Source: Gemmatimonadota bacterium (GTDB lineage Bacteria; Gemmatimonadota; Gemmatimonadetes; Gemmatimonadales; GWC2-71-9). From it: DNA of 64,000 bases. Below the pieces are notes generated by a model. It was not told the DNA's origin. It did no database searches and worked only from the letters and a program-made list of their open reading frames with translations. The stretch is taken from positions 1-64,000 of the forward strand of contig JBDHDE010000006.1 of assembly GCA_039591655.1 (NCBI GenBank). Direction: 5' to 3'. Both the position numbers and the translations under genes were made by a program. Below are positions 39,750-48,483 of the stretch, one piece after another (the first letter of the stretch is position 1; each line of letters starts with the position of its first letter).

Positions 39750-40658
39750 TCAGACCGCGGCGCGCTGCACCTGCTCCCAGGCGTGATAGGAGGAGCGGAC
39801 CAGCGGTCCCGCCTCGACGTGACGGTATCCCATCTGACCGCCGAGCGCTGCGAGCTCGGTGAACTCGCCCGGCGTGTAGAAGCGGGCCACCGGAAGGTGG
39901 CTGCCCGACGGGCGCAGATACTGCCCCAGGGTGAGGAGGTCTACGTCCTGCGCCCTGATGTCGCGCATGGCCACGAGCAGCTCGTCCCACTCCTCGCCCA
40001 GGCCGCACATCATACCCGACTTGGTGACCAGCCCGGGGTCCATCTCCTTGGCTCGCCGGAGCAGTCGCAGGGCGCGATCGTAGCGGCCCCCCGGCCGCGC
40101 GATGCGGTAGAGACGGGCGACGGTCTCGAGGTTGTGATTCAGGACGTCCGGTTGGGCGTCCACCACTATCTGGAGCGCGGCGTCCGAGCCCTTGAAGTCG
40201 GGAATCAGCAGCTCGACCGACGTCTCGGGCAACCGCTCGCGGATCTCGCTCACGCACCCGGCAAACGCCTCGGCTCCGCCGTTGGGCAGGTCGTCGCGGT
40301 CCACGCTGGTGATCACGACGTGCTTGAGCTCCATTGCCGCAACAGCTTCGGCGAGCCGCACCGGCTCCTCCGGATCGTAGGGATCCGGCGTGCCGTGGGC
40401 CACGGCGCAGTAGGCGCAGTTGCGGGTGCAGACGTCGCCCAGGATCATGAACGTGGCCGCTCGGTGCTCCCAACACTCGCCGATGTTGGGGCAGTGGGCT
40501 TCCTCGCACACCGTGTTGAGCTTGAGTTCCCGCATCAGGTGCTTGATTCCCACGTAGGCGCCGCCACCGGGCGCCTTCACCTTGAGCCACGGCGGCTTCC
40601 TGAGCGGCTGGCTCTCGCCCGTTGGGCGGTTGCGGGAGGTGAGCTGGACCAAGTCCAT
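39750..40658 (-). CDS. lipA: Lipoyl synthase
   Basis: CEEAHCPNIGEC, CTRNCAYC, VRSSYHA. Confidence 0.97.
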   Translation of the reverse strand: MDLVQLTSRNRPTGESQPLRKPPWLKVKAPGGGAYVGIKHLMRELKLNTVCEEAHCPNIGECWEHRAATFMILGDVCTRNCAYCAVAHGTPDPYDPEEPVRLAEAVAAMELKHVVITSVDRDDLPNGGAEAFAGCVSEIRERLPETSVELLIPDFKGSDAALQIVVDAQPDVLNHNLETVARLYRIARPGGRYDRALRLLRRAKEMDPGLVTKSGMMCGLGEEWDELLVAMRDIRAQDVDLLTLGQYLRPSGSHLPVARFYTPGEFTELAALGGQMGYRHVEAGPLVRSSYHAWEQVQRAAV

Positions 40659-40717
40659 AAGGCGCGAAACTTAGCGACGCTTTGAAGGTGAAACCAGCGC
40701 TGCGTCAACTACTTGGT

Positions 40718-40753
40718 TGAAACCGAGCCGAACCCCCCCCGGGTTCCCGGCTC
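40718..40753 (-). terminator. Putative terminator after thiO
   Basis: Hairpin GAGCCG-GGAACCC..GGGTTC-GGCTC followed by GGTTTC on the minus strand. Confidence 0.45.
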
Positions 40754-40760
40754 CTCGGGG

Positions 40761-41870
40761 CTACTCGGTGTCGAACCGGGCGGGATCCAGGGAGCTGAGG
40801 TCGAGCTCGAGGTCCTCCTCCACGTAGAGGCGGGCCAGAATATCTCCCGTCATGGCGGCGAGGAGGATGCCGTTGCGGCCGTGGCCCGTGGCGTACCACA
40901 GGTTGGGGACGTGGGGATCGGTACCGATGAGAGGCCGTCCGTCGGGCGTCACGGGTCTGAGGCCGGCCCAGGTACGCAGCACCGGCGCCCCCGTGAGGGC
41001 CGGATAGATGCGACGCATGATGCGGTAGACCTGGCGCAGCCCATCCTCGGTCGTGCCGGTGGCGAACCCGGCATGCTCCATGGTGGAGCCGGCGATGGCC
41101 TCGCCGCCGCGCTCCATCACGTAGCCGCCGCCGCCGTACACGATCGCCCCCGGCTCCCCATCAGGCCACGACAGGGCGGCCATCTGGCCTCGAATCGGCT
41201 CCACGGGAATGGGCCGGGGCAGCCCCTCGAGGCGGCCGGACCAGCACCCCGCGGCGACGACCACCGCCCCCGCCGCTCGCTCGCCGGAGCCGGTGCGCAC
41301 CCCCTGTGCGCGGCCCTCCTCGATCAGCAGGCCTTCGGCCTGCTCGTCCTCCACCAGGGTGGCACCGTTGAGGGCGGCGGCCCGCAGCAGGGCATCCCTG
41401 AGCGCCATGGGCTCGAGCCCCCCATCCTCTGGAGCCAGGGCGCCGCCCTGGGCCTCCGGGCCGATGCCGGGCACCAGCTTCCGTACCTCGTCCTGGGAGA
41501 GCCATTCCGTGGCGAACCCGCTCTGGCGCTGCCAGGCGATGGCGCCTTTGAGGTTCGAAGCTTCCTCCTCGCTGAATGCCACCTGGAGGATCCCCTCGGT
41601 GCGCAGCCCGATGTCGATTCCCGTCTCTTCCCGGAGTACCGGCGCCAGGTCGTTGTACAGGTCCCGGGCCCGCACGCTGAGGCCCAGCAGGGGATCCTCC
41701 TGCTCCGCCTCGGCGAACGGCGCGAGCATGCCCCCGGCCGCCGGAGTGGCCGCACCGGGCCTGGGGCCCGGGGCGATCACGGTGACGGCCACTTCCCGCT
41801 GGGCCAGGGCGTGGGCGCACGCGGCGCCGATCACGCCGCCCCCCACTATCAGGACGTCCGGTTGGGTCAT
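40761..41870 (-). CDS. thiO: Glycine oxidase ThiO-like FAD-dependent oxidase (DAO family)
   Basis: GGGVIG, AAGGML, PIRGQM, WAGLRP.TPD, ATGHGRNGILLA. Confidence 0.85.
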   Translation of the reverse strand: MTQPDVLIVGGGVIGAACAHALAQREVAVTVIAPGPRPGAATPAAGGMLAPFAEAEQEDPLLGLSVRARDLYNDLAPVLREETGIDIGLRTEGILQVAFSEEEASNLKGAIAWQRQSGFATEWLSQDEVRKLVPGIGPEAQGGALAPEDGGLEPMALRDALLRAAALNGATLVEDEQAEGLLIEEGRAQGVRTGSGERAAGAVVVAAGCWSGRLEGLPRPIPVEPIRGQMAALSWPDGEPGAIVYGGGGYVMERGGEAIAGSTMEHAGFATGTTEDGLRQVYRIMRRIYPALTGAPVLRTWAGLRPVTPDGRPLIGTDPHVPNLWYATGHGRNGILLAAMTGDILARLYVEEDLELDLSSLDPARFDTE

Positions 41871-41947
41871 GGCGAGCCTTGAGGCGAAACTCCGCCGGGC
41901 ATAGGTTCGTAGAGTACGGTGGACGTTTTCAGCGTCGGAGGCAAGTC

Positions 41948-42166
41948 ATGGTGCGCGCGCTCGTTGGTTACGCGGTGCTGGCCATCGTCGGGATCATCGC
42001 GATCAAGCTGCTGTTCGGGGCCCTGAGCATCGTCTGGAGTCTGATCTGGGCGGTCCTGTGGCTGGCGTTACTCGGGTTCGTGTTCTACCTGATCCTCAAG
42101 GTCGTGAGCCCACCGACGGCCAAGAAGATCAAGGATGCGGTTCGCGGCCCGGAGGACTCGGGGTAG
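41948..42166 (+). CDS. Small 2-TM membrane protein
   Basis: 72 aa hydrophobic ORF followed by a hairpin. Confidence 0.7.
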   Translation: MVRALVGYAVLAIVGIIAIKLLFGALSIVWSLIWAVLWLALLGFVFYLILKVVSPPTAKKIKDAVRGPEDSG

Positions 42167-42195
42167 TAATCCGAGCGTTGTAGTGGGAAAGTGAC

Positions 42196-42221
42196 ACGGG
42201 GCCCCATCGGGGCCCCGTTCG
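42196..42221. terminator. Hairpin terminator between convergent genes
   Basis: ACGGGGCCCC-ATC-GGGGCCCCGT, 10-bp stem. Confidence 0.6.
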
Positions 42222-42239
42222 CATCTCGGCCGGTCTCCG

Positions 42240-43019
42240 TCAGCTCCCCGCCTCTACCATCTCCGAGGGGGGCTCCTCTGCGATCTCCCGCAGTCGCAGG
42301 GTGATGGTGGCGATCGAGGCGAACTTCACCTTCAGCTGCACCATGATGCGCCGCTCGTCGTCGCTCAGCCACATGCGGGGCTCCTTGGCCTCGGCGAGAA
42401 TGCCCCGCCCCTGGATGATCGGGCGCACGACGATCGTAGGGAAGCGGCCCGCAGGGAGGTCCAGCGTGTCGCGACCCAGCACCTCCAGCACCACTGGATT
42501 GCGATCGGGCCGGAAGTAGCGGTGGAACTCGTAGCGCTCGCCCTCCTCGAGCTCCACGGTCCGCACGAAATAGAAGAACGCCGCGTCGTCCAACGGGTCC
42601 GCCGAGGTGGGGAGTGCCACGGCCGACCCTTCCTGCCGGTAGAACCCCGAGTCCGGGTAGATCTCGTAGGCCGTGTACCGCTCGGTGTCGCCCTCGAGGA
42701 AGTCCTGGACGAAGCGCCGCGAGGCGAAGTCGTGCAGGCCGACCCACGAGTCCAGGCGGTCGTTGATGCGGTAGAAGAACGACCCTCCCCGGAGCACGAA
42801 CACCATGTGCTTGGACGGCACGCCGCGCACCGTGTCAATGCCAGCGACGTGCATCATTCCCCTCCCGAGCGTGAGCAGGCCGAAGCGCGCGTCGTACAGC
42901 AGCGTCTCCCCCACCGGGAACTGCTCGGTCAGGTCGGTGGCCGAGTCCGCCGCCGTCTGCCCGGCAACGGGAGCCGCGAGCCATATCACGGCGGCGGTCG
43001 AGAGCAGCGTGCGTCGCAT
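42240..43019 (-). CDS. DUF3108-family exported protein
   Basis: Signal peptide; FPVGETLLY, DPLD..FFYFVR, LPAGRF.T, MWLSDDERRI.V. Confidence 0.8.
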   Translation of the reverse strand: MRRTLLSTAAVIWLAAPVAGQTAADSATDLTEQFPVGETLLYDARFGLLTLGRGMMHVAGIDTVRGVPSKHMVFVLRGGSFFYRINDRLDSWVGLHDFASRRFVQDFLEGDTERYTAYEIYPDSGFYRQEGSAVALPTSADPLDDAAFFYFVRTVELEEGERYEFHRYFRPDRNPVVLEVLGRDTLDLPAGRFPTIVVRPIIQGRGILAEAKEPRMWLSDDERRIMVQLKVKFASIATITLRLREIAEEPPSEMVEAGS

Positions 43020-43024
43020 GGTCC

Positions 43025-43777
43025 TCAGGAGCGTTGGATGGTCGCGGTCGGGGGCGGGATCCTGAGCCGCCGACCGGCACGGAACAGGTCGAGGGCCAAG
43101 GAGACGGCCTCTCCCACTGAGCCCGCCGCCGCCAGAGCCTCCGGGCGAGCCGGGGCCTCGACGGTCGCGATCTGGCGCGCGCCGGCCGCGGCCCGCGCCA
43201 CCAGCTCGGGGTACGCCGAGGCGCCCTCCGTCTCCAGGAGTCCGTCGGCGTTGTCCTTGAGGCAGTTCCTGAGGGTGATGAGCCGAATCAGGCACACACC
43301 GGACGTCAGGTCGCGGATTCCCGGAAGCGAGAGGCCCGGCCGCAGGAGCCAGGCGGCGGAGCGCTGCACCAGGCGCATGCCGAGCGGTCGCTCAGGTGCC
43401 GGGGCCTCCCCCACGACGACATCCGCTCCCGACTCGAACCGCCGGACGAGCTCCGGCAGGACGGCGGGGGAGACGGAGAAATCTGCCGGGAGCGTCACCA
43501 CGCAGTCGCGCTTCGGCCGGTCGCTGCGCGCCAGGGCGTCCCGCAGGAGAGCATCCAGCGCCGCCGCGTACCCCCGGGGCCTCTCCTGCCGGAGGAGCTC
43601 CATCGGGAGGGCGCGCTGGTAGGTCTCCAGGGTCTCCGTAGTCCCATCGGTGGAGGCATCGTCCGCCACCAGGATGTGATACTCCCGGGGGAACTCCTCG
43701 AAGACCTTGCGGAGCTTCCAGAGGACCAACCCCACGGTGCCGGCCTGATTGCGTGCAGCGACGCAGACGTAGATCAC
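43025..43777 (-). CDS. Glycosyltransferase family 2 protein (atypical DxD)
   Basis: ILVADDASTDGT, RGYAAAL, GADVVVG, DLTSG. Confidence 0.8.
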   Translation of the reverse strand: MIYVCVAARNQAGTVGLVLWKLRKVFEEFPREYHILVADDASTDGTTETLETYQRALPMELLRQERPRGYAAALDALLRDALARSDRPKRDCVVTLPADFSVSPAVLPELVRRFESGADVVVGEAPAPERPLGMRLVQRSAAWLLRPGLSLPGIRDLTSGVCLIRLITLRNCLKDNADGLLETEGASAYPELVARAAAGARQIATVEAPARPEALAAAGSVGEAVSLALDLFRAGRRLRIPPPTATIQRS

Positions 43778-43908
43778 TTGTAGCGCTCTCTCCCTCCGTG
43801 GCGCCTCGAGTCGTGAGCCGCGTGGGCGGCGTGGCGAGGTCGCATCCGACCCCCTCCCAGCGATACGCCGCTGGGCGGCGTAAGGTCCGGAGAGGACTGC
43901 AATCTACA

Positions 43909-45858
43909 TCACTCGGCTGTGGCGTTGACCAATGCCGTGCGGAGCTCCGCGAGGGTGAACGGCTTGCGCAGGAACGGCCGGCCTGCGGCCTCGAGGAACT
44001 TCAGGGTATCGCCCCCCACGGTGTCACCCGTCGAGAAGACGACGTGCCGGGCAATGTCGGGGCGCTCGCGCTCCAGCGTCTCGTACAGCTCTCGGCCCCC
44101 GAGTTCCGGCATGCGGAGATCGGTGATGATCACGTCGAACGGGTGGGTGGCGGTCTGGGCGAGAGCCTCGGTGCCGTTGGAGGCCACCGCCACCGTGTGG
44201 CCCCAGGCCTCGAGGGTCGCGCGCATGTAGTGGATGATGTGAGGCTCGTCGTCCACTACCAGGACGCTGAGCTGGCCCGGCTCGACCGTGGGCTCCTCGA
44301 CCGTCGCAGCGGGACGGCCACCGCCGGGGAGCTCGACCCGGAACACGGCCCCGGCCTCGTCTCCTGGCGAGTAGGACATCCGCCCGCCGTGCTCCTTGAT
44401 GATGCCCTGGCAGATGGAGAGCCCGAGCCCCGTGCCGCCGCCCTCGGGCCTGGTGGTGAAGAACGGCTCGAAGATCCGCTCGGCGACTTCTCCCGGGATG
44501 CCGGGCCCGTCGTCGGCCACGGTGACGGCCACACCATCGAGCCACTTGGTGGCGCCCACGGTCACGCGGCTGCCGACACCGGAGGCATGCATCACCTGCG
44601 CCGCGTTGTGTACCAGGTTCACGAACACCTGCTGGATCTGATTGGCGTCCACCTGGACGTTGGGCAGATCGTCGTCCAACTGCAGCTCCATCTCGATCTT
44701 GGCCGCCATGAGCTGATTGTTGAGCAGCGTGAGCGTGGCGTCGAGGATGGGACCTATGGGTTGCGAGCTCCGCTGGCCCTCCTGCTTGCGGGCGAAGTTG
44801 AGCAGGTGTCGCACGATACTGGCCGCGCGCTCAGCCTCCTGCCGGATGGCCTCCAGGGGATGCCGCATCTTCTCGGGCGGGTCGCCCTCCTCTACCAGGT
44901 AGTCGGCGAATCCCACCACGGAGGCCAGGGGGTTGTTGAGGTCGTGCGCCACCCCGGCGATGAGCTGCCCGATGGCCGACATCTTCTCCGACTGGATCAG
45001 CTGTTCCTGCAGCTGCCGCTTATCGGTCTGGTCCTCGAACACGAGGACGGAGGTACCCCCGGGCTCGGCCAGGGAGAGCGCCGAGACGGTGAAGGTGCGC
45101 GGGCCCGACTTGATCTCGAACTGGGTGTGGGTGCCGGCGGCGGCGAGGGCGCGGCCGACTGGGTCCGCCCAGTGCTCGGGGAGCACCGAGTACCAGGGCC
45201 GGCCCGCGACGGCCGTCACCGGCACGTGGGCGATCACGCTGAACGCCCGATTGGCGCGCCGGATGGAGCCCTGCTCGTCAACCACGCAGAACGCCTGGCC
45301 GATGGCATCTACGGTCTGCTCCCACTCGCCCTTGCCGCTCGAGATGAGCTTCACGAGCCGGGCGTTCTCCAGGGCGACGCCGAGGAGCGCGTTTGCCGCC
45401 CGCAGGAAGTCGAGATGGAGCGGCGTGAAGTGTCCCGGTGTCGCCGCCGTCGCCGAGACCGCCCCAACTACCCGCCCGACGGCCGCAATGGGCGCTCCCA
45501 CCCAGGAGCCGAACCGCGGCTCCAGGTTCAGCCCCAGCTGGGCCAGCCTGTCCGCCGTGACCTGCGATAGCACTCGTGGGCCGTCACTGCTGACTACGCG
45601 TACGAGTGGATCATCCGCCCGGGCATCGGCATACTGATAGGTGTAGGCCACGCGTGACGTGCCCGTATCGGGGTCGGTGAGGACGATGAGGAGCGTGTCG
45701 GGATTGAGGATGTTGCGGAGCGTGGGGGCAATCTGGTTCACGGCGGCGGCGGCGTCATACATCCCGGCCAGCTGTTCGGCCAGGAGTGTCAGGATCGCGA
45801 ACGCCGAGGAGCCGGCGCCGTGAAGCGGTGGACTACCTGTTCCGAGAGGTTGCGACAT
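43909..45858 (-). CDS. Hybrid sensor histidine kinase (GAF-PAS-HisKA-HATPase-REC)
   Basis: H-box GVAHDLNNPL, N-box QVFVNLVHNA, DDGPG, FEPFFTT, GTGLGL; receiver LVVDDE..DLRMP..KPF. Start uncertain. Confidence 0.92.
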   Translation of the reverse strand: MSQPLGTGSPPLHGAGSSAFAILTLLAEQLAGMYDAAAAVNQIAPTLRNILNPDTLLIVLTDPDTGTSRVAYTYQYADARADDPLVRVVSSDGPRVLSQVTADRLAQLGLNLEPRFGSWVGAPIAAVGRVVGAVSATAATPGHFTPLHLDFLRAANALLGVALENARLVKLISSGKGEWEQTVDAIGQAFCVVDEQGSIRRANRAFSVIAHVPVTAVAGRPWYSVLPEHWADPVGRALAAAGTHTQFEIKSGPRTFTVSALSLAEPGGTSVLVFEDQTDKRQLQEQLIQSEKMSAIGQLIAGVAHDLNNPLASVVGFADYLVEEGDPPEKMRHPLEAIRQEAERAASIVRHLLNFARKQEGQRSSQPIGPILDATLTLLNNQLMAAKIEMELQLDDDLPNVQVDANQIQQVFVNLVHNAAQVMHASGVGSRVTVGATKWLDGVAVTVADDGPGIPGEVAERIFEPFFTTRPEGGGTGLGLSICQGIIKEHGGRMSYSPGDEAGAVFRVELPGGGRPAATVEEPTVEPGQLSVLVVDDEPHIIHYMRATLEAWGHTVAVASNGTEALAQTATHPFDVIITDLRMPELGGRELYETLERERPDIARHVVFSTGDTVGGDTLKFLEAAGRPFLRKPFTLAELRTALVNATAE

Positions 45859-46582
45859 GATCCTCGCGAACTTGCGGGAGCGCATCACCAACTCGGATGT
45901 AGAATTGGTGATCGAGCTGCTGTCCCGCGGTGATGCATTGCACAAGCAGGAGCTCGTGCGCACGGCGGAGACGCGTGGCATCGACGTCCTGCTCGATGCG
46001 CCGGCTCTGCCCGAGTTGCTGCGTGCGGCGCCGCGACTGGAGCAGCCCTCGGCTCCGCTCTTCATCTATGTCGCCGTGCGCCATGCGCTCCGCGGCTGCG
46101 GCATCGATGACCGGCGCCTGAGCGACTATCTGGGTTCGCTCCTGTACGAGTTCGGCATCAGGGACCGCGCCTGCCGGATCGGCCGGGTCGACGACGAGGA
46201 GTTCCTGTACCTGACCGACCTCGTTGCCGCGGTCGCCGCGGTGCCCGGGCGGCGAGGGTTCTTGCTGCGCGCGCACCTCGGCAATTTCAGTCTGTGGCTC
46301 GCCGGTGTCTTTCCCGACCACATCACCACGCGCGAAGAGCGCCGCGGCGCCCCGGGCCTGCGCTTCTACGAGGAGATGGGTGCTCGCGGATACCGCCTCG
46401 CCGCGGATCACCGGCTCGCTCGCCAGTTCGACCTGGCGCAGATCTACCGGCGGGCGGCCCAGTCATTCACCCCGATCCGCATAGCGCTGAACCGGCTCTC
46501 CGACCGTCTCCTCTTCCCCCACATCAACACCCCCGGCCGCCTACTGCGCCAGGTGGCTGACGAATTCGGCTCGCAGCGGTGA
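45857..46582 (+). CDS. Hypothetical protein (all-helical)
   Basis: Protein-like composition (LRAHLGNFSLWLAGVFPDHI, FYEEMG); SD GAGAGG 7 nt before the ATG. Confidence 0.75.
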   Translation: MILANLRERITNSDVELVIELLSRGDALHKQELVRTAETRGIDVLLDAPALPELLRAAPRLEQPSAPLFIYVAVRHALRGCGIDDRRLSDYLGSLLYEFGIRDRACRIGRVDDEEFLYLTDLVAAVAAVPGRRGFLLRAHLGNFSLWLAGVFPDHITTREERRGAPGLRFYEEMGARGYRLAADHRLARQFDLAQIYRRAAQSFTPIRIALNRLSDRLLFPHINTPGRLLRQVADEFGSQR

Positions 46583-46592
46583 CCGCCCCGGC

Positions 46593-47081
46593 TCAGCCGG
46601 CCGTGGTGTCGATGCTTCCGAAGAGCGGGCAGCGCGGATCGCTCACCCTGGCCCAGCTCACGCGGGCGCCGTGGAGCGGGATGGTGTAGTTCCCGCCTGC
46701 CACACCGCCGAGCAGCGGCGCTCCCAAGGGCGGCTCGGTCTCGTAGATCAGCACGCCCTTGAAGGTGTCCAGCGAGTCCTCCACCAGCGCCAGGCCCCAG
46801 CCGGGATAGCTGGGAAACCCCGGCCCCTCGTACGCCACGAGGATTCCGTCCTCGCTCTCCGCTACGAGCGCAGCGGTGGTGCCGTACCCTACCACCCGGG
46901 CCGGCACGGTACCCGCGAGCCCCGCCGGCGCCGCCTCCAGGAACCGGCCGCTTCCCCGGAGCTGCTCCAGGACCATCGTCGCCCCCGCCATCGCGGCGAT
47001 ACCGCACGAGGCGGTGTTCTCAGGGTTGCTCGGGCTGCAGGCGAGCGCGACCATCGGCAGCACACACAAGAATCGTCTCAT
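46593..47081 (-). CDS. Hypothetical lipoprotein
   Basis: Lipobox ALAC; TACAAT 7 nt upstream of the ATG. Confidence 0.7.
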   Translation of the reverse strand: MRRFLCVLPMVALACSPSNPENTASCGIAAMAGATMVLEQLRGSGRFLEAAPAGLAGTVPARVVGYGTTAALVAESEDGILVAYEGPGFPSYPGWGLALVEDSLDTFKGVLIYETEPPLGAPLLGGVAGGNYTIPLHGARVSWARVSDPRCPLFGSIDTTAG

Positions 47082-47178
47082 CGACTGAATTGTACGCCGC
47101 GGACCGGGCCCTGACTACCCGGATTCCCTGGTGGGCGCGGCGGCTTCCGGTGCCGGCGACACCCACGCGAGGTGTCGC

Positions 47179-47207
47179 TTGACCCCCTCTGATCGGCCGG
47201 GTATGCT
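47179..47207 (+). promoter_or_regulatory. sigma70-type promoter
   Basis: TTGACC-17 nt-TATGCT, about 40 nt before the zinc-ribbon gene. Confidence 0.65.
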
Positions 47208-47246
47208 AACGTTGAAATCACCCTCTTCAGCGCCGAGGTTGGCAGC

Positions 47247-47411
47247 ATGCCGACGTACGAGTATCGCTGTGCCAAGTGTGGCAAGCAGTTCACTCGTGTA
47301 GAGCAGATTTCGCAGCACGGGCACAAGCGCCTCTCCTGTCCCAAGTGCAAGTCGACCAAAGTGACGCAGCTCTTCACGCCGTTCTTCGCCAAGACCGCGA
47401 AGAAGAGCTGA
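47247..47411 (+). CDS. FmdB-family zinc-ribbon regulatory protein (54 aa, absent from the ORF track)
   Basis: My translation: MPTYEYRCAKCGKQF..LSCPKCKSTKVTQLFTPFFAKTAKKS*, matching the MPxYEYxCxxC..CPxC pattern. Confidence 0.88.
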   Translation: MPTYEYRCAKCGKQFTRVEQISQHGHKRLSCPKCKSTKVTQLFTPFFAKTAKKS

Positions 47412-47981
47412 GTGTTCGAGAGCCTGCGCGCCGCCATCAATGCCGCACTCGATGCGGCCACGCCGGATTCCGATCCGCGTGATCTGATTTCCCAGATGCG
47501 CTCGGCGGTGATCGAAGCCCGCATGTCCATCGAGAAGATGCGGGAGGGTGTGGCCAAGACCGAGCAGCGGTTGGCCATCGAGCGGCAGAAGCTGGCTGAC
47601 GCCGAGCGCCGGGGGCGTCTCGCCGCCGGCATCCAGGATCAGGAGACCGTGGAGGTCGCCGAGCGTTTCGTGGCGAAGCATCGCGAGCGGGTCGGCGTTC
47701 TGGAGTCCAAGCTCGAGGCGCAGAAGGCCGAGCTGGAGCTGGCTGATCGGGAATACAACGAGATGAAGCAGCAGCTCCTGGAGCAGGAGCGGAAGCGGCC
47801 CGAGTCGGACGCCGCCCGGAAGGTCGAAACGGCGTGGCGTGATCTGGAGGCTGCGGGTCTGTCGCGGCCGGAAACCGACGTGGAAGGCGAACGGCTGCGT
47901 CGGCAGATGGAGCGGGAGGCGCGGGAAGCGCGGGCCGACGAGCAGCTCGAGGAACTCAAGCGGCGAATGGGCAAATCCTAG
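47412..47981 (+). CDS. PspA/IM30-like coiled-coil protein
   Basis: All-helical; MFESLR..DPRDLI..A.E..A..LE..EQLEELKRRMG resembles the PspA layout. Confidence 0.6.
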   Translation: MFESLRAAINAALDAATPDSDPRDLISQMRSAVIEARMSIEKMREGVAKTEQRLAIERQKLADAERRGRLAAGIQDQETVEVAERFVAKHRERVGVLESKLEAQKAELELADREYNEMKQQLLEQERKRPESDAARKVETAWRDLEAAGLSRPETDVEGERLRRQMEREAREARADEQLEELKRRMGKS

Positions 47982-47990
47982 GGGTGCACC

Positions 47991-48389
47991 GTGGACATCA
48001 AACCTGGCCGGATGGTCTATCTGGGGTACGGGAAGTACTGGCGCTCGGACGCCATTGTGGGGCTGAGGCCCATCGAGGGAGACGACCGCGGGCCCGGCCG
48101 CCGCACCGAGGTCTACACGGCGACGTTGGAGGAGCCCATCGTCGCCTCGCGCAGTGAGAGCGCCATCCTGCGGGACATGGCTTTCGCGGGCGAGGAGCAG
48201 TTCCGTATGCGGGAGGCTCGGGAGGTGATGGGGGACTTGCTGGACGCGCTGGAGGACGTGCCCGACGTCCTGCGGCGCATGCTGGCCACCGAGGCGCACT
48301 TCGACGTGCACGCGTGGATGCGGCGCCTCAAAGCTCTGGTCAAAGTGGAGGTGCAGGCCAGCGAGGATCAGCCGGAGCTGTTCGAGTAG
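47991..48389 (+). CDS. Hypothetical protein (N-terminus loosely RemA/DUF370-like)
   Basis: MVYLGYGKYWRSDAIVGL..GRRTEVY..IVASRSESAI; operon-like spacing. Confidence 0.6.
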   Translation: MDIKPGRMVYLGYGKYWRSDAIVGLRPIEGDDRGPGRRTEVYTATLEEPIVASRSESAILRDMAFAGEEQFRMREAREVMGDLLDALEDVPDVLRRMLATEAHFDVHAWMRRLKALVKVEVQASEDQPELFE

Positions 48390-48483
48390 TCGTTGTAGCC
48401 TCGAGGGGTACTGAGGTGGGGGCCCCCGAGGCAATCCGCCGTACCGGAATCCCCAGTCAATGCCGGCCTGAGAGGAGGAAGGG

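Noticed and set aside
40761..41870. thiO as evidence for a thiamine operon
   Set aside because: No thiS, thiG or thiE is adjacent and no TPP box lies upstream, so only the family call is supported.
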